A DNA stretch of 64,000 bases, from NCBI GenBank assembly GCA_951406725.2, contig OX597829.1, forward strand, positions 50,778,001 to 50,842,000, in the 5' to 3' direction. Made by a program: the position numbers and the translations under genes. Shown one piece after another: positions 28,436-41,512 of this stretch. The notes below the pieces were generated by a model that saw nothing but the letters and a program-made list of their open reading frames with translations, searched no databases and was not told where the DNA came from. Numbering within the stretch: position 1 is the first letter of the stretch; each line of letters begins with the position of its first letter. This DNA is from Octopus vulgaris. Lineage: Eukaryota.

Positions 28436-28609
28436 GTATATATATATATGTATATATATATATATGTAAAAGTAAAAAAATACACAAATTGGGACAAGAA
28501 CGTGAAACATTTAGAAAACGACAAAAAACATGGACGGGACTTTCGAAGCTCTCAGTCATCAGTCAAGAACCAGATCATCTTCACAATTTCGGCTGATTAA
28601 TCTTGAGAT

Positions 28610-28665
<56 letters not shown>

Positions 28666-28679
28666 TTCAGTAAAAATTT

Positions 28680-28948
28680 AGATTCAGATGAATATGGTAC
28701 TTAAGTTGAAGCACCAGAATTTGGTATGGTATTATCCATACAATTTCAAAATAAGGAGATTAAAATCAAAATAAGCAACAAGGATACTCAGACATAGAAT
28801 TTAATTAAATTCTATGTCTTTATTCAGCTGAAGATTGCTCTACGTTTTAAAATTGATGCAATGAAATGATTGCATTGTTCAATTAAATGGAGTTGCATGA
28901 AACGATCATATTGCATTACCTCTGGGTATCCTTGTTGCTTATTTTGAT
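28680..28948 (+). mobile_element. Short PLE-type HHR element with partial inverted copy (related copies at 52145-52419 and 34015-34135)
   Basis: tcag CTGAAGA...GAAAC gatc AT A ttgca at 28823-28915. 28764-28790 is inverted relative to 28921-28948. Same sequence family as the 52.1-52.4 kb and 34.0 kb copies. Confidence 0.65.
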
Positions 28949-29146
28949 ATATATATATATATCACATACACATGCACACACATGCAAATTCATGCGTACA
29001 TATACTTACGCACACACACAGACTCACACATACATGCAAACATATGCTCATTTACATGTACATGCACACAAATACACATGCACACATATACTTATGCACA
29101 CACACACATGTATACAAATATATATATACTTATGCACACACACATC

Positions 29147-29449
29147 ACCATGACCAACCAGGCTATCAGATGTTGCTACACATCGCTGGTCACAATGTGC
29201 TTCACATTGTTTTAGCCTTCAAATGACGCCACCCTGCTGGCTAAGCGAGCAGGCCAACAGAAGAAAGAGTGAAAGAAAGGTGTGACGAAAGAGAACAGCA
29301 GGGATCGCCACCGCCCCCCCCCTGCTGGAGCCTCATAGAGCTTTAGGTGTTTTCCCTCAATAAACACTCACAACACCCGGTCTGGGAATCGAAACCGCAA
29401 TCCTCCGACCGCGAGTCCGCTGCCCTAACCACTGGGCCATTGTGCCTCC
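29147..29449 (-). mobile_element. tRNA-Arg-like SINE
   Basis: Minus head ggaggcacaatggcccagtggttagggcagcggactcgcggtc..ggtttcgattccc, with A and B boxes and a TCG loop. Confidence 0.75.
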
Positions 29450-29621
29450 AAATATATATATATATAATGGAGAAATTGTACAAAATGTATAAATGGATGA
29501 TGAGTAAAGTACCGGCACAGTTTCAGTTACCTGTTGTTATCCGTAGATTTACTGCAGGGACTTTGTAGTGGTGGTTGGGGTAACAGTATTAATAAAATAG
29601 GAGATGGAAAGTGTAATAGAC

Positions 29622-29680
29622 TTTATTGAGTACAACACATGTTTCGACCCGTTCTGAGTCTCTTCAGGTACATCAATAAA
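29622..29680 (-). ncRNA. Minimal type I hammerhead ribozyme
   Basis: Minus strand: tttattgatgtac CTGAAGA gactc agaac gggtc GAAAC atgt GT T gtactcaataaa. Long stem I, 5-bp stem II, GUU site. Confidence 0.75.
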
Positions 29681-29892
29681 AAGTCTCACTAGAGATTTCT
29701 TGAGTTGGCATACATACTGCTATATGTCTATCAAATTTGATGTAAAAAGAAGTAAAAGAAACAATTTTTTATTATTTTTTTTTATTTCTCAAGTACAGCT
29801 GCACTCAGGTTTTCAAGAATGCTAGAAGTGAAACTATTCACCTTTGACCTTTTTCAAAGAAAACACAGAATCCTCTTCATGTTGATGCTATT

Positions 29893-29960
29893 TGTTGTTG
29901 TTGTTGGTGGTGGTGGTGGTGGTGGTGGTGGTGGTGGTGGTGGTGGTGGTGGTGGTGGTG

Positions 29961-29992
<32 letters not shown>

Positions 29993-30405
29993 GGTGGTGG
30001 TGGTGAATGTGGTGGTGGTGGTGGTGGTGGTTGTTGTTGTTGGTGGTGGTGGTGGTGGTGGTGGTGGTGGTGGTGGTGGTGGTGGTGGTGGTGGTGGTGG
30101 TGGTGGTGGTGGTGGTGGTGGTGGTGGTGGTACACCTGGTGCTGGTGGCAACAACAGTGAAGATAGTGGTGACAGAGAAAATGGCGGTGGTAGTGGTGCT
30201 GGTGGTAGAGTAGCAGTGGTAGTGTAGCTGGTGGTGGTGCTTCTGCTGCTGTTGCCACTGCTTCAAGCCACCTTTCATTAAGTAGGCTTTTGATCAAGCA
30301 TTTTCCATCCCCGGAACATCCTGTCTTTCATCTTACTTTTTAAAAGTGAAAATGACATAGTATATCTGAGACTACATTATCCAAAGTACATTCCCTCTCC
30401 CTTCA

Positions 30406-30439
<34 letters not shown>

Positions 30440-30557
30440 AAACAGAGAATGGTAAAGTATGATTTGAAGAATTTCTAGTAATTAAGTGATATTTAGGTTT
30501 GATTAAAGGGTAGAAACATAGACACACACACACACACACAGACAATCTGATAATCTG

Positions 30558-30655
<98 letters not shown>

Positions 30656-30666
30656 TGATGATAATG

Positions 30667-30706
<40 letters not shown>

Positions 30707-30717
30707 TGATGATAATG

Positions 30718-30775
<58 letters not shown>
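29893..30775. repeat. (GGT/GTT)n tract at 29893-30131 and (AAT)n tract at 30559-30775
   Basis: Seen directly. Confidence 0.95.
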
Positions 30776-31342
30776 GGCTGTAACTGAAGGAGAAAATGTA
30801 ACGATTATGTGGGACTTTCCAGTACATACAGACCGAACCATCAAGGCCACTAAACCAGATATTGTTGTGAAAGACCAAAACAATAAAGTTTGCTTATTGA
30901 TCGACATGAGCATCCCCTGTGATCATAATATCTCAGCGAAAGAGTTTGACAAGCTCAGAAAATATAAAGACCTACTCATTGAAATTGAGAAAATGTGGCA
31001 TCTCAAGGCGGTTACAATACCAGTGATCGTAGGAGCACTAGGAATGATCAAGAAGGGAACCAAAAATTATATGAGAATGATCCCTTGCTTACCATCCCTG
31101 CAAGAAGTGCAAAAGATTGTCTTAACTGGTACATCACACATATTGAGAAGAGCATTGTCGATGTGAGAACTGTTGCTGCTCATGTATTTTAATTTAACTT
31201 TAAAAAAAAAATAATAAAAAAATGAACGAACTATTGAGTTTGGTTTAATGGCCTACCAATGTATACTATGAGTTTCTTTGCCCTAGGAGTCGGGAAGACA
31301 CTCGGCAAGAAATGGAAGCAAATTTGAAAGAAGAAAAAAAAA

Positions 31343-31343
<1 letters not shown>
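30776..31343 (+). mobile_element. 5'-truncated R4/Dong-clade LINE (restriction-like endonuclease domain) in (TAA)n
   Basis: Open ORF 30807-31166: WDFPVHTDRTIKATKPDIVV..LIDMSIP..K..KY..L..EI..MW..IPVIVGALG (PD-D-K RLE). Flanked on both sides by (TAA)n. Confidence 0.85.
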
Positions 31344-31380
<37 letters not shown>

Positions 31381-31594
31381 CCTTTCTACTATAGACACAA
31401 GGCCTGAAATTTCGGGGAGGGGGTAAGTCGATTACATCGACACAGTGTTCAGCTGGTATCTATTTTATCAACCCCAAAAAGGATGAAAAGCAAAATCAAC
31501 CTCGGCAGAATTTGAACTCAGAATGTAAAAATGGACTAAATGCTGCTAAGCATTTCACCCGGTATGGTAATGACTCTGCCAACTCGCCTCCTTG

Positions 31595-31640
<46 letters not shown>

Positions 31641-31641
<1 letters not shown>

Positions 31642-32106
31642 CATACTATGGGATATACCAATACACACAGATAGAGAAATTAAGGCCAACAGACCAGATA
31701 TAGTTGTCAGAGATCATGAAGAAAAAAAAATGCTTTCTAATTGATGTATCAATACCAGCAGATGACAACGTGTCTCTAAAAGAAATGGAGAAACTTTCAA
31801 AATACGAAGACCTGGAAATAGAGGTAACTCAAATGTGGAATCTAAAAACAGAAACAATTCTTATCATAGTGGGTGCATTAGGCATGATAAAAAAATATTC
31901 AGACAAATACATAACAAAAACACCAGGACTTACAAACACATATAACATACAGAAAATTGCATTACTAGGCACTGCACACATCCTACGCAAAACACTTTCA
32001 ATACAGTAACTATAAGAGCATCACAACAAACCACAGCACATACCCAAGGCACACAGAGCTGCGCTCGGTAGTAAAGTGAAAGCACACTATAAAAATAAAA
32101 CTACTG
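31641..32106 (+). mobile_element. Second R4/Dong-clade RLE fragment (distinct family)
   Basis: ILWDIPIHTDREIKANRPDIVV / CFLIDVSIPADDNVSLKEMEKLSKY..IVGALG, frameshifted. (TAA)n flanks. Confidence 0.8.
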
Positions 32107-32125
32107 AATAATAATAAAAATAATA

Positions 32126-32433
32126 TGGAAAAAAACAGACAGAAAAATTAACTCCAATCGACCAGACATTGTGATCAAGGACTACAACAGAGGAACTTGT
32201 CTGTTAATAGATATGTCTGTCCCACAAGATCAAAATGTTTCAAGAAAGAAAATGAAAAGCTTTCTCACTATAAAGATCTGCAAATTGAAATCACATAGAT
32301 GTGGAAGTTTAGTACTACAATAATACCAGTTGTAATTGGTGCACTGGGAATGATAGAGAAGGGAGCTGAGAAGTATACTAAGCTACTGCCTGGTAACTCC
32401 AATCTTCATGAACTACAAAAGATAACCTTGCTA
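32126..32433 (+). mobile_element. Third, older R4/Dong-clade RLE fragment
   Basis: TDRKINSNRPDIVIKD..LLIDMSVP..WKFSTTIIPVVIGALGMI..LQKITLL. Confidence 0.75.
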
Positions 32434-32464
32434 CGAATTAACGTTTCTTTTTCTTTATTTTCAG

Positions 32465-32590
32465 GTTTCCCAAGATCTTTCCACTCATAAATGAAGAATA
32501 TGTTGCTATGAAGACAGTCGAAGCTACTCTGACCAATACATTATCTCTGATAATTCCACAGCATCTCACTGTCATTTTCTGGATAAAAAC
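32465..32590 (+). CDS. Internal (penultimate) coding exon of an SDR16C-family short-chain dehydrogenase (SDR16C5/RDH10/HSD17B11-like)
   Basis: Branch-like ttaac and polypyrimidine acceptor tttcttttttctttattttcAG, donor ac|GTAAAT. 126 bp, phase 2-2. Translates (R)FPKIFPLINEEYVAMKTVEATLTNTLSLIIPQHLTVIFWIK(T), matching the SDR16C C-terminal pattern P-x-L-x-P-x-Y-V-x-x-K-x-V-x-A-I-L-x-N. Confidence 0.85.
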
Positions 32591-32629
32591 GTAAATATCA
32601 TTACACCTACTGGCACACACACGCACACA

Positions 32630-32665
<36 letters not shown>

Positions 32666-34137
32666 CATATGTATATATATATATATATATACATATGTAC
32701 ATGTGTGTGTGTGTGTAATGCTATCCCATGTTGACCCCAGCTTAGTCTGACTTCATCCTCTTTTGGTGATTACACTATTTTCCTTTCTATGATGTTCTAC
32801 CTTACTGATCATATATGTAAATAAGTCTCCCTTTAACAAAATCATAAACCCCCTTAGAAGCTATAAGATCATACACACAATAACACCTGTAATATTACAA
32901 CTTATAAAATCTCATCTGTCTGAATCCCCTTAACTGCCCCTAACTACATCCATACCTTACCTATTACCTCCTCTTTTCAGGTTACCCTTATCTTTTCTCT
33001 GCCTCTAATTCTAATCCCCTTTCTCTTCTTAATACTTTCTATAAACTTTTATTATTTTGTTTTCTTATTTTGATATCCTTACCTATTGACCTCGTATCCC
33101 TTGTAAGTTGTTATTTTCCTTGTTCGTAAATAGATATTTTTCAGTCACTTAAGTCTATGCGAGCTATTTATACTATATCCTTATAAGCTTATAAATATTT
33201 GTGTATGTGTATATAAGCATATATGCACATATCTATCTCTGTGTGTATATGTATGCATTTTTACACTTTTCTGATTCATGGCTTAAAATTAATAGATAGC
33301 ATGCATATCTTTCCAGTTATTTCATATGTAAATGCCATGAGCAGTCATTATATAAACTACCTAATAATTAATTAATTAAGTACATGAATAGATATTAAAC
33401 TGATTCTATGTAATCTTCATTTTTAATGTTTATAATTGATATATACACATTACCAATTTTGATTATGATATTTTTGAAATTCTTAAATTTTATTTTTATG
33501 CAACATAATAATTTTGTTCATAAACATTCCCCCAGAGTGCCCCTAAATAAAATTTCCTCTGTATTAACATCTTAGGTTTCTTAGCGTCTTCTCCCTTTAA
33601 CTGATAATTAACATCATGATTTAAAGTCTACCCCTACCCTTCCTCTTTTTATAGACAGTTACTTATATCCAACTGTCTACTCCAAATGTCTTATTTCCTC
33701 CCTGACGAAAAGAGATTCATATGGTAATATTTATGACCATACATAACCATGAGCTGTCAACTCTTGTCCTTTATTCAAAATAGACACAGTCTTCTTAGTC
33801 TTAGATTTAGTAGTTGGTAAAGGGGTAAATGAATTAGAAATGAATTACAACCCTTGCAATCCCATGACCCTACTATGCTCTCATTCTTAGAAGTTGTAGT
33901 CTATTCTTAGCTACAATAGCAACAACATGAATTTCTTCCATCTTCTTGCCCTGATAAAATATTAAAGAAAAATTATATTAATGTGTCCCACTTGTTAAAA
34001 TTCCATTTTTTTATTTGTGCAGCTGAAGATGGCACTGCATCTAAATTAATGTAATGATTGCATTGTTCAATTAAATGGAGCTGCTTGAAATGGTTGTACT
34101 GCATCACTACTTAACATCCTCGCTTATTTTGATTTTA

Positions 34138-34168
<31 letters not shown>

Positions 34169-34173
34169 ATATC

Positions 34174-34204
<31 letters not shown>

Positions 34205-34420
34205 ATAGACACATACATATGTACACATGAATATACATACATACATATATATTCATACAGGCACAGGAGTGGCTGTGTGGTAAGTAGCTTGCTCACCAAC
34301 CACATGGTTCTGGGTTCAGTCCCACTGTGTGGAACCTTGGGCAAAAGTCTTTTACTATAGCTTCACGCTGACCAGAGCCTTATGAGTGTATTTGGTAGAT
34401 GGAAACTGAAAGATGCCCTT

Positions 34421-34477
<57 letters not shown>

Positions 34478-34866
34478 TGGGGGCTGTGTTTGTCCCCACC
34501 CCACCCAACATTGCTTGACAACCGACACTTAGTTTCATGCATTGCCACTTGACAACTGCCAATGCATGAAACTCTCTGACCTTGAGAATCAGTCTGTTGC
34601 TTCTGCTAAATATTAATAAAGATATACATATATTCATATTTTGAGTTCTAGTTTTCCTGTTTGGACCAACATACCTATATATATATATGTTTGGACTGAC
34701 GAATGGGGAGCGTGTTACACAGCTGACCATGAAATCATTGCAATATGCAACAGAACCTTTTTAAAAGAATTGTTTTCCTTGTTCTTTCCCTTGATTTCGA
34801 CTAAAGGCAGTGCTCCAGAATGGCAGCATTCAAATGACTAAAACAAGCAAAAGAATAAAAGAATAT

Positions 34867-34904
<38 letters not shown>

Positions 34905-35367
34905 TTAGCGTCCGTTTTCCATGCTAGCATGGGCTGGACGGTTCAACTGGGGTCTGGGAAGCCAGAAGGCTGCACCAGGCCCAGTCTGATCTGGCAGTGT
35001 TTCTACGGCTGGATGCCCTTCCTAACGCCAACCACTCCGTGAGTGTAGTGGGTGCTTTTTACGTGCCACCCACACAGGTGCCAGACGGAGCTGGCAAACG
35101 GCCACGGATGGATGGTGCTTTTTACGTGCCACTGGCACAGGTATATATATATATATACACACACACACATAGATACAATTTAAAGAAGAGTTTCAAATAA
35201 TTTCATGCCGTAGTGATGATACCAATAATTTGGCAGATTTATAGAATAAGCTATGTGTCTCCAAGACTCTTTACAGCATGAAACTATTAGTTGCTCTATT
35301 TTAGATTTTGTGTATATTGATTAATATTTATCTCTCACTGGATGAAATGCATTTTTTGTTTATCATA

Positions 35368-35786
35368 GGTGCAGGAGTGGCTGTGTGGTAAATAGCTTGC
35401 TTACCAACCACATGGTTCCGGGTTCAGTCCCACTGCATGGCACCTTGGGCAAGTGTCTTCTACTATAGCCTCAGGCCGACCAAAGCCTTGTGAGTGAATT
35501 TGGTAGACAGAAACTGAAGGAAGCCTGTCGTATATATATATGTATATATGTATGTATGTATATGTGTGTGCGTGTTTGTGTGTCTGTGTTTGTCCCCCCA
35601 ACATCGCTTGACAACCGATGCTGGTATGTTTACATCCCTGCTACTTAGCGGTTTGGCAAAAGAGACCGATAGAATAAGTACTGGGCTTACAAAGAATAAG
35701 TCCTGGGGTCGATTTGCTTGACTAAAAGGTGGTGCTCCAGCATGGCCGCAGTCAAATGACTGAAATAAGTAAAAGAGTAAAAGAGT
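35368..35786 (+). mobile_element. SINE family A, full length
   Basis: Matches the 62798-63216 sequence. Confidence 0.9.
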
Positions 35787-37424
35787 ATAACTGATAATGG
35801 AAGAAGGTGTGGCATGTGGTAAGAAGCTTGCTTCCCAGCCTCATGATTCCAGCTTCAGTGCCACTGCATGGCCCCTTGGGCAAGTGTCTTCCACTATAGC
35901 CTGGGGAAGATCAAAGCCTCATGAACAGATTTGGCACATTGAAACTGAAAGAAGCCCGTCATATATGCGTGTGTGTTTGTGTATGTATGTGTGTGTGTCT
36001 GTCTGTTTGTCCCCCCACCACCACTAGACAACTGATGTTGGTGTGTTTATATCCCTGTAACTTTGTGGTTCAGCAAAAAGAGATGGATAGAATAAGCACC
36101 AGGCTTAAAAATAAGCCCTTGGGGTTGATTCATTCAACTAAAATTCCTGAAGATAGTGCTCCAGCATGGCCACTATCTAATGACTGAAGCAAATAAAAAA
36201 ATATAGACAGGCAGACAGATAGATAGACAGATAGACAGACAAACAGACAGACGGACGGACAGACAGATAAATATACAGACATCCATACATATAGATATAT
36301 ATATTACCAGCTCTGTCTGGCACCTGTGCGGGTGGCACGTAAAAAGCACCCACTACACTCACGGAGTGGTTGGCGTTAGGAAGGGCATCCAGCCGTAGAA
36401 ACACTGCCAGATTTGACTGGGCCTGATGAAGCCTTCTGGCTTCACAGACCCCAGTAGAACCGTCCAACCCATGCTAGCATGGAAAACGGATGCTAAACGA
36501 TGATGATGATGATGATGATGACATACATGTGTACATATACATACATGTACTCACTCATACACACACATACATACATGCATGTATGCACACATTTAGAGCT
36601 ATAAGGAAGAACATGTACACACACACACACACATATGTAACAATCCAGTGAATTTCACATCTGCTTCAATGATGCATATCAATGCTGTTCAATCAATAAA
36701 GCCATTTACTCATTGAACAGCTGTGTGGGCGGTTCAGCATTCGACAGACACTTATACCCCTGACGAAAGTAAGTTCTCAGGGGGAATTGGCACAACCACA
36801 ATATGCAGCACCACAGGAATTACAGGTATGGCTCACCTGCTGGGTTTCCACACGGTTTTTTTGTTTCTTTGTTTTATAGCGAAAGTGGGCGTGTACTTGA
36901 TAAGCGTCTGTAGGCACGGGCATGGCTGTGTGGTTAAGAAACTTGCTTTGCACACATGAAGCTTCAGGTTCAATCCCATTGTGGAAAAAAGATGGTCAAG
37001 TGTCTTTTACTGTAGCCCCAGGAGACCAATGCCTGATGAGTTGAATTTGGTAAATGGTGACTGTGTGGATGATGTCCATCGTGTGTGTGTGTGTGTGTAC
37101 ATATATATATGTATATATGTATATGTATGTATGTATATATATATATGTATGATAAATAAATAAAATATACATACATATATGTACGTACCTACCTCTACAT
37201 GTATATATATATGCATACATGAGTACAGGACACCCAAAAAACGTCGAACACAATGAGAAACGAAAACATAAACACAAAACCAAGGAAATGGACATTTTTC
37301 TTAAACAACGAAAAAATAGAGTAAAGGACAAATAACACAAGGAAAATTCCCCTTCTTCAGTCGCCATGGTTTCATCTACTCTGAGTTTCGTATATATGTA
37401 TATGTATGTATGTATGTATGTATG

Positions 37425-37470
<46 letters not shown>

Positions 37471-37981
37471 CCAGGCAGACAGATAGACAGACAAACAGAC
37501 GATAATTCTTTCTACTGGAAGCACAAGGCCTCAAATTTGGGGAAAGGGTTTAAGTCAATAATAATAAAAAGGGTTTCAAATTTTGCCAAAAGGCCAACAG
37601 GTTTGGGGGAGGATATAGGTTGATTACATCGTCCCCAGTGTTCAACTGGTACTTATTTTCATCGACCCCAAAAGATGAAAAGCAAAGTCTACCTGGGCAG
37701 AATTTGAACTCAGAACGCAAAAACAGATGATATACTAAGAATTTTGCCTGGCATACTAACAATTCTGCCAGCTTACCATCTTAATAAGAACAACAACAAT
37801 TACTACAACACAACAACACCATTCTAACATTTCAAAATTTCTTAAATTTATTATCAAGGAAATATTTACTTATCGAAATTCTTTAGTGAATCGTTAAAAC
37901 TGCTGCTGATAAAATTATTTTTTGTTTTGTTTCGTTTTTCCGAAATCTCACATTTATTTTTTTTATTTGTGTTTATTTATT

Positions 37982-38014
<33 letters not shown>

Positions 38015-38389
38015 CTAAGACAGTTTGAAATTGTCTGGTCTTAAATTCTTCATCATTTATCTATTTCTTTGTGAACATCCATGTTTGAAATTCTTCTATT
38101 CTCTTACCATTCCTAACCGGTTGTTATGAGTTTGAGCTAAAATAAGAACTTACAGTGTGTGTGGATACAGATATATATTAATGAAAAAGGCACCCTCCGA
38201 CCAATGCTGTTGTAACTACACTAGCATACATCTGTCACACTAGCACAAATAAATTATCAAAGGCATGCATATATATGTACAGACACACGCATATGCACAC
38301 ACCAGACATGAACACATCCATGCATATATGTTCTGCCAGACTAACAGGCTTCTAAATACCTATAAGACACAGAAACCCACAATATACTG

Positions 38390-38889
38390 AGGAGCTTAAG
38401 TCAGTGCTAAAAGAAAAGCAATCGACTTTGCTTTCAAGATGAAAGCTGTTCTTTCATCAGGATAATGCTTGGCTACATATAGTGAGGGTGACATCCCAAA
38501 GGCTGGAGTAGTTTGAATGGGAAATGATGCCTCACCCACCATATTTGCCAGACATTGCACCCTCTGATTATCATTTATTCCGCAGTCTTCAAAATCATTG
38601 GGACAGAAAAAATATGAATTCTGTAGACAAGGTCAGAACAATACTGGAGGGATATTTTCCATTGTGGACAGGTGAATTTTGGAAGAGGGGCCTTGCAAGT
38701 CTACCAGATAGATAGAAGAGCATTGTAGAAAATGAAGGAGGATATATTTTCGATTAAAAAAGAACTTTATCTTAGAATCTTAGGGTTAGTAGCCCGTGCT
38801 TTTAACCACTACACCATATACTCGGTCTACTAACCCCAAGATTCCAAGTTCAATTCCAGGCAGTGACCTGAATAATAATAATAACAATG

Positions 38890-38953
<64 letters not shown>

Positions 38954-39204
38954 TAACATCGAAAAATACCATTGGAATGAGAACCCAGGCTTGAAATTTC
39001 CTCAAGACACCTAATGAAGGCTGGAAGTTATATCAGCCAAAACGTTGTGTTAACAACAAACAAGATGAGGACAAATATCCGTCAAATGTAAATAATGTAA
39101 ATTATGCACATAATTCCTCATCTCTTAAATATAGAACTTTATCTTAATTTTGAACATTGTAAGAAGTATAAAAAAAAACTCCATTATTTATGGGATGACT
39201 CAAT
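38390..39204 (+). mobile_element. Mariner 3' fragment of the same family, split by the tRNA-HHR element
   Basis: PHPPYLPDIAPSDYHLFRSLQNH and TIR tatttatgggatgactcaata. Confidence 0.8.
38775..39132 (+). mobile_element. Second copy of the tRNA-HHR element with a short inverted tRNA arm, inserted in a mariner relic
   Basis: Same inverted junction (...ttaaccactacaccatat..ctactaaccccaag). Degenerate HHR at 39006-39051. Direct repeat agaactttatctta at 38761-38774 and 39133-39146. Confidence 0.75.
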
Positions 39205-39225
39205 ATATATATACATATATATATA

Positions 39226-39610
<385 letters not shown>

Positions 39611-39944
39611 TGTATGTATGTCTGTATGTATGTGCATACATACATAAATACACTGAGTGGTTTGGCTGTGATATAGTAATGCTGGAACTATCTCACATGA
39701 TGATAGTACGAATTTTCAAAAGCCAATTCCACAGACACCTTTTGTCACTCTAATATTTAACAATGAACGGTGAATAGTCAATAGACTTGTTGAATCTTTC
39801 TGTTTGACTTCATACTGTCAAAGACCGTATAGTTCGTGTTTATGACATGTGAAAATGAAGCAAATCTATTCTCATATTTTGAATTTTAGCATCTGTTTTC
39901 CCATGTAGGAAGCCATAATTAGGTATAACTTTTGCATGTATATG

Positions 39945-40310
39945 TTTGTGTGTGTGTGTGTGTGTGTGTGCATGTGTGTGTATGTGTTTGTGTGTGTGCA
40001 TGTGTATGTGCTTGTGTGTGCATGTGTATGTATTTGTGTGTGTTCATGTATATGTGCTTGTGTGTGCATGTGTATGTATTTGTGTGTGTTCATGTGTATG
40101 TGCTTGTGTGTGCATGTGTATGTATTTGTGTGTGTTCAAGTGTATGTATTTGTGTGTGTTCAAGTGTATGTATTTGTGTGTGTTCAAGTGTATGTATTTG
40201 TGTGTGTTCAAGTGTATGTATTTGTGTGTGTTCAAGTGTATGTATTTGTGTGTGCATGTGTATGTGCATATGTGTGCATGTGTATGCATTTGTGTGTGTA
40301 TGTGTGTGTG
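39945..40310. repeat. Minisatellite built from GT-rich units (44-bp then 24-bp period)
   Basis: tgtatgtatttgtgtgtgttcaag repeated about 5 times. Confidence 0.9.
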
Positions 40311-40809
40311 ACAGTGCATGAATGTATATCAATGGTTGACATTCTATGGTTTTCGCTAGAGGAAAATGGTGGTGCATTGAGATTCCTTGTTTCCGTTGTC
40401 ATTAGTGCAAAGACACATGGCCTAGTGGTTAGGGTGTTGCACTCACACTTACGGCTGCATGATCGTGGTTTCAATTCCTAGACAGGACCAGACCAGGCGA
40501 TGCATTGTGTTCTTGAGCAAAACACTTCATTTCACGTTGCTCCACTCCATTCAACTGTAAATGACTAAATGTGCAATGGACTGGAACCCCCATTCAAAGG
40601 CAGTGTGTTGCAATCCTCATCACTTACTTGTCATGGAAACTGGACAACCAAATCTAAGAGTCCTAAGACTCAAAACAGTACTGTCCGAGGGACGAAAATG
40701 TCAATGATAATGATGATGGTGGTGGTGGTGATGATGATGGTTAGTGGTAAGAGTTTTTGGTTCAAGATCATAAGGTCATGAGCTTGGTTCCTAGCATCAC
40801 ATTGTGTCC

Positions 40810-41512
40810 ATTATTTACATTATTTACATTTGACAGATATTTGTCCTCATCTGGGTGCTGACACATAAAAAGCACCCACTGCACTCTTGGAGTGGTTGGC
40901 ATTAGGAAGGGCATCCAGCTGTAGAAACACTGCCAGATCTGACTGGCCTTGTGCAGCCTTCGGGCTTCCCAGACCCCAGTTGAACCGTCCAACCCATGCT
41001 AGCATGGAGAGCAGACGTTAAACGATGATGATGATGATGATGATGATCTTGTTTGTTAACACATTGTTTCAGCCGATATACCCTCCAGCCTTCATCAGGT
41101 GTCTTGGGGAAATTTCAAACCTGGGTTCTCATTCCTAAGGTATTTTTCCTTGATGTTGTTGCTGTTGTTGTTGTTGTTGTTGTTCAGGTCACTACTTGGA
41201 ATCGGACTCGGAATCTTGGGATTAGTAGCCTGCACTCTTAACCACTACACCATATGCCTGTGGACTACTAACCCCAAGATTCCAAGTTTAATTCCAAGCA
41301 GTGACCTGAACAATAACAATAATAATAATAACATTGAAAAATACCTTAGGAATGAGAACCCAGGTTCAAAATTTTTCCAAGACACCTGATGAAGGCTGGA
41401 GGGTATATCAGCCGAAACGTGTTAACAACAAACAAGATGAAGACAAATATCCATTAAATGTAAATAATATAAATAATGTACATAATTCCTCATCTCTTAA
41501 ATATAGAACTGT
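40810..41512. mobile_element. tRNA-headed, hammerhead-containing SINE-like element as a head-to-head inverted dimer with 14-bp TSD
   Basis: Minus arm (41258 to 40810) starts with a tRNA-like head (A box tggtgtagtgg, anticodon-like loop ctactaa, B-box-like gagtccgattcc). Plus arm is 41260-41512. HHR motifs at 41058-41103(-) and 41381-41423(+). TSD atcacattgtgtcc at 40796-40809 and 41513-41526. Confidence 0.8.

Noticed and set aside
28530-28600. HHR-like motifs at 28535-28565(-), 33702(+) and 37350-37390(-)
   Set aside because: CUGANGA is present, but GAAAC-GUH and the stems cannot be assembled convincingly. They are probably PLE-type ends and were not counted as ribozymes.
41186-41258. Bona fide tRNA-Ser gene
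   Set aside because: The acceptor stem is poor, there is no long variable arm, the B box is mutated and the sequence continues into a repeat body. It is a SINE head, and the same applies to 29375-29449.
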